From contig JAXDBQ010000032.1 in NCBI GenBank assembly GCA_034678605.1, positions 40,265 to 104,264 on the forward strand: a DNA stretch of 64,000 bases, given 5' to 3'. Below the pieces are notes generated by a model. That model searched no databases, had not been told where the DNA came from, and saw only the letters and a program-made list of their open reading frames with translations. Position 1 is the first letter of the stretch; every line of letters begins with the position of its first letter. Source of the DNA: Patescibacteria group bacterium (GTDB lineage Bacteria; Patescibacteriota; Minisyncoccia; Minisyncoccales; UBA5738). Shown one piece after another: positions 1 through 9,731 of the stretch. The position numbers and the translations under genes are program-made.

Positions 1-6
1 TCCCTC

Positions 7-1968
7 TTATGAGGGATTTTTTATGGGTTTGGGCTTTTCGCGGGCGACATTGGCCATGGGCTGGTTGGGCGAAGATCGGGCGGGTGCCGGATCTTCGATT
101 GGTTCGCTATAGGGCGATTCGGGCTGGTCGGCGGGCGGTTGGCCGCGGTTTTGATCTTGCCGGCTTTCCGGGGCCGCCGCCGCGGCTCCCTTTTGGATTT
201 CTTCTTTGGCGCGTTTGATCTTGGCGATCTCTTCGGGATTGGTGGTGATGATCTGGTCTTCGATGTAGGAAGACACCACTTTCATGGCCACGTGTTTTTG
301 GCCGGCAAAAAACAATCCCTCCCCGATCTCGGCTTCCAAAAGCATTCCTTTTTCTCTTTCGGTGAGGTTGAAGGTTTTTTGCACCACGTCGATGGTGGCC
401 GGCGATTGTTTCAGCAAGAATTGGATCGAAGAGTTGGTGATGATCGGCTGGCCGTAATTTGAGCGCATAAAGTCGGCCACGTCCTGGGTGATGGTGGTTA
501 CCCCCAGCCAATACTTGCGGGCGCGCTTGCACAGGCCGTACAAAAACGACGCGCCGTCTTCGCTTTGCATCAGCACCCAGGCCTCATCCACCACCAGGAT
601 CCGTTTGCGCAATTTGGAGCGGACTTTGTTCCAAATGTAGTGCATGATAATATACATCGCCGCGGTGCGCAATTCGTTTTCCATGTCGCGGATGCCAAAC
701 ACCACCAGCGGTTTTTCCATGGAAATGTTGGTGGGTTGATTGAAAAATTCGGCATAGGTGCCTTGGGTGAACTTGCGGATCCGGCGCACCAGCGAATCGG
801 TGCCGTCCATGCCTTCCAGCACCGCCTCAAGGTCGCGCATCAGCGGGACGCGTTCGGCCCATAAATTGGGGTCGGTTTCGGGGGTGATGTCTTTGGCGGC
901 ATAGACCTCGGTGAGCGCCCGATCGATGATCGCGTCCTCTTCGGGGGTCATGCCGCCCAAAAGAATGCGCACTAAGCCCACGATATTGATGATGTTGGAC
1001 CGGATCACATCGGCCGGATTTTCGTCTTCCCGTGGGTCGGGCAAGTCAAACGGGTTGATGTGGTAGGCCGACGACAGCGAAACATTCATAAACGATCCTC
1101 CCGTCGCTTCGGCCAAGGTTTTAAATTCGTTTTCCGGGTCAACCACAATGGCGTCCACGCCCAGCATCATGGAACGCAAGATCTCCAATTTCACCGCGTA
1201 GCTTTTTCCCGAACCGGATTTGGCGAAGATCACGCTGTTGGCGTTTTCCAAACTGAACCGGTCGAACAGGATCAGCGAGTTGTTGTGCAGGTTGGTGCCG
1301 TAAAGGATGCCCTCGTTGGCCGAAAGGTCGAACGATACGAATGGAAAGGTTGATGACAGCGGGCTGGTGTTCATCGGCGTGTAGATTTGGATTTTGTCCA
1401 AGGCGTAAGGGCAGGTGGAAATAAATCCTTCCCGTTGCTGGTACATTGCCGGTTTGATATAGACTAATTTTGATTCCAAGATCGAACGCAGGGTGGTTTC
1501 GATGTCGCGCAGTTTTTCGGCGTTATTCTCATAAGCGGTAAGATAGATTCCCAGGCGGAACATCCGTTCGGTGGAAGTTTGCAGTTTGTCGCGCAAGGAC
1601 TCCAAATCTTGGTAGGCGATGTCCAGCGCCGGGTCGCGCACCAGTCCTTTTTCTTCCCGCTCCATGATTTCGGCTTGCACTTCGGTGAGTTTTTTGCGCA
1701 ATTGTTTGAGAGTGGTGCCGGTGTCGATGGGATTGATGTGAAAAGCCACGTCCATGGGCGTGTCGAGATTAATCACCGGCGTGAACCACCCCGAGTTTAA
1801 ATAGCGCGGGTAGGAAAAAATAAAAAACGATTTGCCGAACCGCTCCCCGATCTTGAAGTTGTCGGCCAGCAGGACGACCGACGACGGCGCGATAATGTCG
1901 CGGATATTGATCGTTTTCATTTGCAATTCCTCGCCGGGAATGGATATTTTTTTGCTCTTTTTAACCAT
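7..1968 (-). CDS. VirB4/TraC-like type IV secretion ATPase
   Basis: Walker A AKSGSGKS, DPENE motif, Walker B LVVDEAW, RARKY and ITQ motifs. Start moved to the ATG at 1968 because the upstream extension is repeat DNA. Confidence 0.9.
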   Translation of the reverse strand: MVKKSKKISIPGEELQMKTINIRDIIAPSSVVLLADNFKIGERFGKSFFIFSYPRYLNSGWFTPVINLDTPMDVAFHINPIDTGTTLKQLRKKLTEVQAEIMEREEKGLVRDPALDIAYQDLESLRDKLQTSTERMFRLGIYLTAYENNAEKLRDIETTLRSILESKLVYIKPAMYQQREGFISTCPYALDKIQIYTPMNTSPLSSTFPFVSFDLSANEGILYGTNLHNNSLILFDRFSLENANSVIFAKSGSGKSYAVKLEILRSMMLGVDAIVVDPENEFKTLAEATGGSFMNVSLSSAYHINPFDLPDPREDENPADVIRSNIINIVGLVRILLGGMTPEEDAIIDRALTEVYAAKDITPETDPNLWAERVPLMRDLEAVLEGMDGTDSLVRRIRKFTQGTYAEFFNQPTNISMEKPLVVFGIRDMENELRTAAMYIIMHYIWNKVRSKLRKRILVVDEAWVLMQSEDGASFLYGLCKRARKYWLGVTTITQDVADFMRSNYGQPIITNSSIQFLLKQSPATIDVVQKTFNLTEREKGMLLEAEIGEGLFFAGQKHVAMKVVSSYIEDQIITTNPEEIAKIKRAKEEIQKGAAAAAPESRQDQNRGQPPADQPESPYSEPIEDPAPARSSPNQPMANVAREKPKPIKNPS

Positions 1969-1977
1969 ACGATTTAA

Positions 1978-2137
1978 ATTCAAGCACGAAGCACGAATAT
2001 TCGAAATTCGAAACAATATCAAAATCAAAAATTTTCAAAAATCAAAAAACGAGCGTGCATTTTGTTTTGGAAATTATGATTTTGGAAATTTGATATTATT
2101 TCGGATTTCGAAATTCGATATTCGGATTTCCCGAATT
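1978..2137. repeat. ATCGAA-family inverted-repeat element, empty copy
   Basis: Left arm CGAAATTCGAAACAATATC; right arm GATATT..TTTCGAAATTCGATATTCGGATTTC. Same arms at 7 other loci. Confidence 0.8.
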
Positions 2138-2141
2138 TATC

Positions 2142-2801
2142 CTATTGGATCAATTCGGGCGGGATTTCCGGATAATATCCCCTTTCCGAGTCCTCCAAGT
2201 GATGCGTGCTCCACAAAAATTCGGCGATCTCCAAACTGTTGAGCGGCACGCATTGCAGGCCGCACCGCCGCAGGCCCAAGGCCACGAATTCCATTCGTTG
2301 CAGCAATTGGGATTTTCCCTGGTTGAATTGGTCGGCCGCCGCTTGGGCGATTTTGGCCCGGTCGGCCGGAGACACTTTCCCCTTTTTTGCTCCGGCCGGC
2401 GCCACGCCGGGCAGGATAATCTGTTGAAACGGCACCGTCACATAGAATGATTTGTTCATGATGGTGCCGCCCGAAACGATTTCGTTGATGAAATTGCGGT
2501 ATTCGATGATTTGGGCGCGCAAAAGATCGTTGCTTTGTTTGGCTTCAAGGTCGCTTAATTTGTCCAGATAGCTGGTGATGTTGAGCCGCCGGCTTTGGAT
2601 GGTGATCTGGATGGGAAAATCCATCGAGTTAAGAAAGTTTTGGAACTGGCCGATGACGGCGTTTTGTTCCTCTTCGGCCATGAGCGCGAAATTGATGGAA
2701 TTGACCATCATTATCCCCCGCAGGCCTTTGTTTTTCAAAACCAAAATCCCCTCTTTGATCTGGTCGATTTCCAAAAATTGTTGAGTCGATAGAATTGCCA
2801 T
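2142..2801 (-). CDS. Conserved protein of the VirB4 cluster (similar to a VirB4 N-terminal region)
   Basis: 219 aa between PrgI and VirB4; INFALMAEEEQ..FQNFLNSMDFPIQI motif. Confidence 0.7.
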   Translation of the reverse strand: MAILSTQQFLEIDQIKEGILVLKNKGLRGIMMVNSINFALMAEEEQNAVIGQFQNFLNSMDFPIQITIQSRRLNITSYLDKLSDLEAKQSNDLLRAQIIEYRNFINEIVSGGTIMNKSFYVTVPFQQIILPGVAPAGAKKGKVSPADRAKIAQAAADQFNQGKSQLLQRMEFVALGLRRCGLQCVPLNSLEIAEFLWSTHHLEDSERGYYPEIPPELIQ

Positions 2802-2812
2802 GATAAAAGTTT

Positions 2813-3590
2813 AAAGCGTAAAGCGCAAAACTTAAAAGAAAAAATGCGGATTATTAAAAGTGTTAAGCGAATTTGTATTTTACTTTACGCTTTTCGCTTT
2901 ACACTTTACGTTTTTAAGCGGTTTCCAACCAGTCGCGGATCTTTTGGACATTGTTTTTGGCGGGGGCGGCGTTGATGGCCACGGTGGTCGGGGCTTTTTG
3001 GAAAACGATCTTTTCTCGCGCCACCACATGCTGGTTGGGGTTTTGAAAGCTTTGCCACAAAAAAATGCGCGGCGCCATTGAAAAAACAAAAAAATGTTGG
3101 ATTACTTTGACAATGTCGATGCCGTCGATCTTCACGAAGGCCAGGGCGCAACAGCCGCCCATGACGATGGCGATCAGCGCCAAGGCCAGCGGCATCACCG
3201 CTTTGCCCAGGGAAAAATAAATGGAAAACGACAGCACCGTGCCCACCGCCACGAACACGAATTGCTTGAAAGTGAGCGGCCCCACCACCTTGGACTCCAT
3301 CTCGATGAATTGCGGAATGGTGAAATTCATAAAAGCGTAAAGCGTAAAGTGAAAAGCGCAAAGTAAGAAATACGGGAAGCGTAAAGCGTAAAGTGAAAAG
3401 CGTAAAGTAAGAAATACGGGAAGCGTGAAGCGTAAAAATTAAAGCGTAAAGCAAGAAACGCAAAGCGAAAAACGAAAAGTAAAATGCGGGCGCGAAAGGC
3501 GAAAAAATAAAATCACAAATAAGAATACCAAAGTTGGGGCGCGCTATTTTTTGATTTGAATTTATGTTTTGCGCTTTTCGCTTTACGTTT
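2813..3590. repeat. AAAGCGT heptamer arrays in inward-facing pairs on both sides of the PrgI gene
   Basis: 2813-2830 pairs with 2880-2915, and 3331-3480 (includes a ~44-bp tandem duplication) with 3565-3590. Further arrays at ~19941-20015, 27587-27625 and 37590-37622. Confidence 0.8.
2914..3330 (-). CDS. PrgI family membrane protein
   Basis: F.IPQFIEMESKVVGPLTFKQF N-terminus followed by two TM helices. Confidence 0.85.
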   Translation of the reverse strand: MNFTIPQFIEMESKVVGPLTFKQFVFVAVGTVLSFSIYFSLGKAVMPLALALIAIVMGGCCALAFVKIDGIDIVKVIQHFFVFSMAPRIFLWQSFQNPNQHVVAREKIVFQKAPTTVAINAAPAKNNVQKIRDWLETA

Positions 3591-3663
3591 TTATTATATC
3601 ATCGCCCGCCAAAACCGCAAAACCGCCTTGCGGCGGTTGCGAGCGAGAAGCAACGCGGGATCG

Positions 3664-4002
3664 TCAAACCTCAATGCCGAATTTTTTGATTTGCGCCGGC
3701 AAAGAAAACCAGCGGTTGGCAAGGTCATTTTCGCTCAAGAAATGCGGCTCGATCTTTATTTCGATCTCTTTGGCCCACCAAGCGCTGCGGTCGATTTTGG
3801 CGCGGTTGAAATCCTGGCTTGAATCCAAAACCACCGCCACGTCGATGTCGCTGTCGACGCGCGGTTTGCCTTTGGCGTAGGACCCGAACAAGATCATTTG
3901 TTTCACCGGCAGCCCTTCGGCCAGCAGTTTTTGCTTGAATTTATTGACCGCTTTTTTAACTTGGCCGGCGCTTAATTTTTTTCTTATCGCTTTGTTAGCC
4001 AT
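3664..4002 (-). CDS. Minimal nucleotidyltransferase (MNT antitoxin-like)
   Basis: LFGSYAKG..DSDIDVAV motif; overlaps the HEPN gene. Confidence 0.9.
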   Translation of the reverse strand: MANKAIRKKLSAGQVKKAVNKFKQKLLAEGLPVKQMILFGSYAKGKPRVDSDIDVAVVLDSSQDFNRAKIDRSAWWAKEIEIKIEPHFLSENDLANRWFSLPAQIKKFGIEV

Positions 4003-4373
4003 GAATAAAATTTATTGATTTTTCCCAGCCAGGCCGCGGCGTATTTGGCGGTGGCGGTTTTGTGGAATTCCATTTTTTCCTCCGGATACCGGCCCTGGAT
4101 GTTGAATTTGTTGACGCTCGCCAAGAATTCCTGCTGATCCGGTTCCAATTGGATTTTGGCCAATCCGGCCAAATACAGCAAATCATGGGAATGGGGCGCG
4201 TGGCTGTCGGTGCTTTTCACGATTATGTGTTTGAAATATTTTTCCAAGGCCACATGGCCGCAAAAAAGTGCGTGGTCGTAATATTTTTTTGCGAAAACAT
4301 CGTTGGCCAGTTTTAGCGACTTTTTTGATCCTTTGAGCTAAAAATCCGCGATTTTTTCCTTTGAAAATTCCAT
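3984..4373 (-). pseudogene. HEPN domain gene with an in-frame TAG at codon 12
   Basis: Reads MEFSKEKIADF*LKGSKKSLKLANDVFAKKYYDHALFCGHVALEKYFK...HSHDL...GRYP in one frame; TAG at 4338-4340. Confidence 0.8.
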
Positions 4374-4695
4374 AATTTTGATGGTTTTAATATACAACAA
4401 TCGGCGCAAAAATAAAAGCCGCAAGATCTCGCTTCGCGCTTTTGGCCGGTTCCGGTCGAGAATGTGAAACTCTTCCCCATTTGAACAAAGAAGCCGGGGG
4501 TCGTCGGTTTTTTGTTTGAATTTAAAATCCATTGCAATGGTTAGAGCGTTGCAGAAGATTAAATCCGCCATTATCCCCGCCCCGCCCGCCCGCTCCCTGT
4601 TTTTTACCCCCGCTTTCGTGTAAAAACTGCCGAGGTCAGACCTCGGCAATTTTAAACCAAGTTGCATTTAGAATGAGAATTTAGTTCGGTTAACA

Positions 4696-4724
4696 TTGAC
4701 AAAATCACCAAAATATGCTATAAT
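4696..4724 (+). promoter_or_regulatory. Consensus sigma70 promoter with extended -10
   Basis: TTGACA-17 nt-TATAAT with TG at the extended -10 position. Confidence 0.8.
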
Positions 4725-4805
4725 CCAACCATGATCTTTGCAAAATAGCGCACTAATTTGCGCTCATAATGTATCGATTAGTTGAATGAAAAAGGGAGGT
4801 ATGAT

Positions 4806-5168
4806 ATGGGAATGTATTGGTTAAAATTAAGAGCTGATCTTGCATTAATTATTTGTTGGGTAGCTACGCCGCTGATTACATGGTGGTTGATCGCCAATTA
4901 CTGTTGGCCATGGATGTATGAGGATGATTTGAATTTTATAGAGTCGATCATTCTTTTTGTTCTTGCGATAATCATCATGAGTTATTCATGGCATTATCGG
5001 AAAATCATGCTGGCCGAGTATCGCAGATCAATGGTTAATGCGGGATTGATGTCAGATTGGCGGCCACCCGCACCAACGCAAAAATCAAAGTCGGCCAAAG
5101 AAGCGTTCATCGAAGAAATAATTGCAGAAGTTAAGGAAGAAATTAGCCCAGAAGGAGGTAAAAAGTAA
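4806..5168 (+). CDS. Hypothetical two-TM membrane protein
   Basis: GGAGGT Shine-Dalgarno 5 nt before the ATG; two hydrophobic helices. Confidence 0.7.
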   Translation: MGMYWLKLRADLALIICWVATPLITWWLIANYCWPWMYEDDLNFIESIILFVLAIIIMSYSWHYRKIMLAEYRRSMVNAGLMSDWRPPAPTQKSKSAKEAFIEEIIAEVKEEISPEGGKK

Positions 5169-6340
5169 TGCCATTGCCGATTCCTTCGATCCCATGGTGG
5201 GCAGTTGTTCCATCGGCTGGGGTTGGGGTTGCCGGATTATCCGCTTGGATGGTATGGGACTGGATTCCCAATAAAAGAAAAACTCCCCTTTTCCGCGGAC
5301 AAGATGGTCGTTTCTATTTTATTGCAAGAGGTCAGAATAATTTTAATCCTGTAAGAAAGAATGAGGTTGGCAATGCGGCTGGCCTTGAAACTGACGGGCC
5401 GGTTATTGGTGGCTTTCTTGTTTATAAAGGGTTCCAATATCGGAAACAAGCGGATACAGATGATTCCGATATGATTATTGCCAAGGGATTGGATGATCGC
5501 GGGGTGTTTAATTCTGGTTTGTATTGGATTGGATTATTGGGCGTGGTAAAGATCCATACCAATAAGTGGGAGGAATTCGTAGAAAAAGAAGGCAAACGAG
5601 AATTGGTAACTTTTGTCCGGCGAGAATATGGATTTTCCGCCCAAGTAACAAATATGGGCGGCAGAACGGCTCCGAGCGAAGATAAGGGTAATGTGCCGAT
5701 TGAGATCGATTATGAGATATATTGGCGCATAGAGTGTCCCGACAAAGCGAAGCGCGAAGTTGATGATGCCAACTACAAAGCTATTGGGCTTATAGATGGC
5801 GAAATCGTTGCTTGGATTAACTCGCAAGCTATTTATCGGTTTGAGACCGATACGACGGGCAAGATTGTTGCGGCGAGTATGGATAAGGAGGCGATAAAAG
5901 CAGAATTAATCAAGCATCTTCAAAACAGCAAAGTTTATGCTAGAGTCAGGGAAACATATGGATATCAGATAACGGAGTTTGTGGTCCACGATATTGTTCC
6001 GTTGGGTGAATTCGCCGAATTATTGGCATTAGGGGCGAAAACCGATTTACAAGAAAGCGCAAAATTGAGAAAACTTCAATGGCAGCAAACCCAAGCCGTT
6101 ATTGAAGTTGGTATCCAGGAGCAGTGGGCGCTTTTGTATCGCAACAATCCTGAAGCGGTTGTTAGAGGAATTATTGTTGCGGCAGAGAAACATGGCTTGC
6201 CAATAGTATCTAACACGGTTGAAACACTGTTGAGAGGCGCGGCAAAAGGAGGAGAAGTAATTCCGGCAGAGGATATTGCCAAGATTGCGGCAATGGTTAT
6301 GGGGATGATTGATGAAAGAAACAAAAAACAAATTAAATAA
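5168..6340 (+). CDS. Membrane-anchored SPFH/band-7-like protein
   Basis: N-terminal TM; SEDKGNVPIEIDYEIYWRI and TYGYQITEFVVHDI resemble the SPFH domain; AGGAGGT SD; TAATG coupling to the upstream gene. Confidence 0.6.
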   Translation: MPLPIPSIPWWAVVPSAGVGVAGLSAWMVWDWIPNKRKTPLFRGQDGRFYFIARGQNNFNPVRKNEVGNAAGLETDGPVIGGFLVYKGFQYRKQADTDDSDMIIAKGLDDRGVFNSGLYWIGLLGVVKIHTNKWEEFVEKEGKRELVTFVRREYGFSAQVTNMGGRTAPSEDKGNVPIEIDYEIYWRIECPDKAKREVDDANYKAIGLIDGEIVAWINSQAIYRFETDTTGKIVAASMDKEAIKAELIKHLQNSKVYARVRETYGYQITEFVVHDIVPLGEFAELLALGAKTDLQESAKLRKLQWQQTQAVIEVGIQEQWALLYRNNPEAVVRGIIVAAEKHGLPIVSNTVETLLRGAAKGGEVIPAEDIAKIAAMVMGMIDERNKKQIK

Positions 6341-6368
6341 ATACCCCTGATAAGGGTAAAATAATCCA

Positions 6369-6400
6369 AAAACCACTTTTTATTAAGTGGTTTCTTTTTT
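6369..6400. terminator. Intrinsic terminator between convergent genes
   Basis: AACCACTT/AAGTGGTT hairpin followed by a T tract. Confidence 0.6.
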
Positions 6401-6408
6401 GGCTATAT

Positions 6409-7680
6409 TTATTTGCTTCTTAAATCTTCTGAAGGTGCTCTTGTGCTGTAAATTTCTTGCCGGACGCCGTAATCAAAGCTTTTTGATTTTGATTCTATTC
6501 CTTGTTCCAGCCCTTGTTTAAATCCGGGATTTTTTCTGTTTCCGGAAAGTCCTTTGCCGAGGGCGCCTCCCACTCCTCCGAGGCTGCCGGAAACTTTATC
6601 GCTTATTTGTCCGCTGAGAGCAGGAATCATCCCGGCGCAAATCGCTTCTACGGCCATCATGTAAATTGCGATCGCAAGCCAATAAAAATGGCGATCAGTG
6701 ATTGTGGAAACCACGTAAGTGCTAAATGTTAGCGGGGTATATTGGATATTCGCCGGCATTATCATTTTTGCCGAACTTAATCCCAGTGTTAGTAAAAACA
6801 GCATCACAATCCCTCCCAATGTCCAGCCGGTAAGCCAGCTCATCCAAGTGCGGAAATGAGATTCTGTTTTTTGCAAAACGCTGGCCAAAATTGCCAATGG
6901 CGCGAGAACGGCGAGTAATTGGATCATAAACACCCTGGTTAGGAAAAACATTGCATAGGAAAACAGAATGCCGGTAATCGTGCCCATCACCATTATTTGG
7001 ATTAAAATGTTTGGCAAAGTGGTGAGCATTAATAAAAACATACCACCAACCAATGCCAAACCGGCAAGAATGTTCACTCCAAGGATTGCCGAAGAAGTTG
7101 CGCCGGCAAGATAAATCCCAAATAATGTGGCGGCGCTTTTGGCGATATCCCAAGCAAAAACATTGAAAACTGAAGAAAAAATATCTCCACTGCCAACCAT
7201 TAAGCCAGTAGTTATTATGTTGGAAATATCCAATAACATGCCCACAAATAAGGGGGCAAAATGAATTAGCAGCGCGGCAAAAAAGAATTTTACCAGATTT
7301 TTTTTCGCGTTTATCGATTCTATGTTAAAAACTGTTCCCAATGCGATGGCGATAAAAACAACGATTAATAAAATGTCGGCCAAAGTGGTGGTGATGTTGA
7401 GGCCGGTTTTAACAAATACGCTGTTGTTTAGATCAAGCATTTGCGGAGTTTGGTCCAGCGAGACCTTGAGCAAGGTAGTGGCGGCTAATAAATATATCAA
7501 CCCGGTGGATAGTTGCTTGAACAAATCAAAAATATACTGCGTTACTGGTTTTACGTAATTTGAAAGCATTACTTCCATGCTGGCGGATTGGGCAATTGCG
7601 TGTTGCGGAATAATGCAAAGGGCTATTATTGATAATATACTTACGGATATTATTAATAAAATTTTTGTTGTTGTTTTCAT
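6409..7680 (-). CDS. VirB6/TrbL-like polytopic membrane protein
   Basis: Many TM helices; RVFMIQLLAVLAPLAI...W..W pattern; position in the cluster. Confidence 0.7.
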   Translation of the reverse strand: MKTTTKILLIISVSILSIIALCIIPQHAIAQSASMEVMLSNYVKPVTQYIFDLFKQLSTGLIYLLAATTLLKVSLDQTPQMLDLNNSVFVKTGLNITTTLADILLIVVFIAIALGTVFNIESINAKKNLVKFFFAALLIHFAPLFVGMLLDISNIITTGLMVGSGDIFSSVFNVFAWDIAKSAATLFGIYLAGATSSAILGVNILAGLALVGGMFLLMLTTLPNILIQIMVMGTITGILFSYAMFFLTRVFMIQLLAVLAPLAILASVLQKTESHFRTWMSWLTGWTLGGIVMLFLLTLGLSSAKMIMPANIQYTPLTFSTYVVSTITDRHFYWLAIAIYMMAVEAICAGMIPALSGQISDKVSGSLGGVGGALGKGLSGNRKNPGFKQGLEQGIESKSKSFDYGVRQEIYSTRAPSEDLRSK

Positions 7681-7690
7681 TATTTCAATT

Positions 7691-8956
7691 TTATAATCCA
7701 AATAATCCAAGAAGATCTCTAAACGCGCCGATTATATTTTGGCCTGTGTTTTTAATTTTAGTCACTGCGCTTTGCTTTGTTTTATCCTTAACCATAACTC
7801 CGGTGACATATTCAAGATTGTTTTCGCTATATGCCCATTCTAAAAATTCTTTGGAATTTTTATCGCTTGTTTGATTTACGCAATCGTCGCCGGCGCCTCT
7901 GGTGTTATCCAGACAGCGGTTAATTTGGCATCCGCATGCCAAAAATCCGCATCGCTGAAGATCGGAGGTTGGATTGCCTTTTGCGTCCTTCACTTTGCTG
8001 AATGCTTCGTATGATCTTGGCTGGTTAACTGATCCTTGAGGGAAATAAATCCAGTTGCTATTTATCGCGCTGGCATCCATATCCCATGAGCTGCCTGTGA
8101 AATTTGGCTGGCTGTAAAATCTAACAACATCACAACCCATTTCTGGCGCGCCGGAAGTGGCCACGCACATTTTTGGATTTGGCAGACATATCTTTTTCCA
8201 AGTAGTTTTCTCGCCGGTGCTTGGATCGATACCATAATTGCAACCGCAATTCATATTTTGGCAGTCGGTATTTTTAGAACATTCAGCCCAATCCGCATTT
8301 GTACCCGCGGTTACTATTACGCCTTTAGCTAACGTTATTGAATCTGTCCCTTTTTCTATGCAACCGGTATCGTTTCCCCGGCAGCAATACCAATTTTTGG
8401 GAATGCAGGTTTGATCAAAATTTCCAGAAGCATCATTGCAACAATCGATTGCTTGCTCGCACTCTTTGTCTCCGAGCAAGAAATTCCTATTTTGGTTTTG
8501 TGGAATTGATGGCAAGGTTGAAGTTAGTTTGGTGAGATTGGGATTAAGCAAACGGAATATTGCCCAACTTGAAAGCAAAAGCACTAAACCGATGAGCGAT
8601 GATTTGATGCGTTTTTTTGCGTCGTTAACTTTATTCGGGTCAGCAACTGAAGTGATATATTCTACGCCGGCGATGATTAATGCGATAAAAACCGCTAATC
8701 CGCCCAGCCCTATTCCCCAGCCGAAAAAATAGCCCACAAGATCGGCAATCGTAGATTCTGGCTTAAGCTGGTACCCTCCGATTGGCGCATTCGGCCAGTC
8801 AATTTGCAGGGATTTGATCATTGGCTTGGGTGCTATACATTCTGTTTCGGCAAGATTTGCGGACGCAATTGGTATGGCCAAACAAAAACTTGACGCAATA
8901 ATTATTGGTAAGAAAAAAAGTTTGCCGGTATTGTTTTTTTGCTTTGGTTTATCCAT
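7691..8956 (-). CDS. Pilin-domain (VirB2/TrbC-like) protein with a Cys-rich extension
   Basis: Signal peptide; IAGVEYITSVADPNKVNDAKKRIKSSLIGLVLLLSSWAIFRLLNP pilin hairpin; many Cys downstream. Confidence 0.75.
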   Translation of the reverse strand: MDKPKQKNNTGKLFFLPIIIASSFCLAIPIASANLAETECIAPKPMIKSLQIDWPNAPIGGYQLKPESTIADLVGYFFGWGIGLGGLAVFIALIIAGVEYITSVADPNKVNDAKKRIKSSLIGLVLLLSSWAIFRLLNPNLTKLTSTLPSIPQNQNRNFLLGDKECEQAIDCCNDASGNFDQTCIPKNWYCCRGNDTGCIEKGTDSITLAKGVIVTAGTNADWAECSKNTDCQNMNCGCNYGIDPSTGEKTTWKKICLPNPKMCVATSGAPEMGCDVVRFYSQPNFTGSSWDMDASAINSNWIYFPQGSVNQPRSYEAFSKVKDAKGNPTSDLQRCGFLACGCQINRCLDNTRGAGDDCVNQTSDKNSKEFLEWAYSENNLEYVTGVMVKDKTKQSAVTKIKNTGQNIIGAFRDLLGLFGL

Positions 8957-8965
8957 TTTTTTATG

Positions 8966-9724
8966 TTACCGTTTTTCGATTGGTCTTTCGGTTGTAGCCA
9001 GCGATATTGATTCCATTATTTTATCGACTTCCTGTAAAATTAATGAATCGCTGTTTTGCAAAATTGTGGTAATAATATATATATTATTACCGTTTGTGAT
9101 GATTGCGCTTTTTAATATTAAATTCGTGGCAATATTAGGCGATAACTCAACCAAATCATATTTTATTTCGATCGTTGGGATTATTTGTTCCCCTTTTATT
9201 AACTCTGATTGGGTGATTTTAGCGGCAACGCCTTTTTCTTGGATGTTTTTTTTGTATTGTTCAATAATCGCTTCAGTGCTTGTTGAGTACGATTCTTCCA
9301 CTGTTAAATAATTGATTGCAATTGATGCTGATGAGAGGATGTTTATTTTTTGCGCTGAAAAAAATAATTTGCCGTTGTTGTTGCTTATTTCGGCTTGATT
9401 TGCAATTTCCTGCCAGTCGGAGGGGTAGTCGAAGGAGAAAGAGCTGTCCGGGGCGGTGTAGGTTTTGGTGGAGGTGGCGGCGGAGTCGTTGGCGGCGGCG
9501 GAGTTTTGCTGGTTTTGGGTTTGATTTTGCAATTGGCCTTGGATTTGGCCCATCATTTGGCTCAATTGGTCGTTGGCGTTGGGCATGTTAGTCAATTCTT
9601 GGGGCAGGCCGAATTGCAGGTTTTTCACGTTGGTCTGGAATTGCTGATATTGCCACATCGTGGAGCCCACCAAAAAGGCGATCATTACGAACACGCCGAT
9701 AAGATATAGTTGAACCAATTTCAT
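8966..9724 (-). CDS. Secreted or anchored hypothetical protein, possible PsbP-like domain
   Basis: N-terminal TM, Gln-rich linker, FSFDYPSDW motif. Confidence 0.6.
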   Translation of the reverse strand: MKLVQLYLIGVFVMIAFLVGSTMWQYQQFQTNVKNLQFGLPQELTNMPNANDQLSQMMGQIQGQLQNQTQNQQNSAAANDSAATSTKTYTAPDSSFSFDYPSDWQEIANQAEISNNNGKLFFSAQKINILSSASIAINYLTVEESYSTSTEAIIEQYKKNIQEKGVAAKITQSELIKGEQIIPTIEIKYDLVELSPNIATNLILKSAIITNGNNIYIITTILQNSDSLILQEVDKIMESISLATTERPIEKR

Positions 9725-9731
9725 AGTAGTA

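Noticed and set aside
4338-4340. Genome-wide stop-codon reassignment
   Set aside because: TAG ends intact genes (ftsH, the 2142-2801 gene, the histidine kinase) and TGA ends others (pnp, the response regulator).
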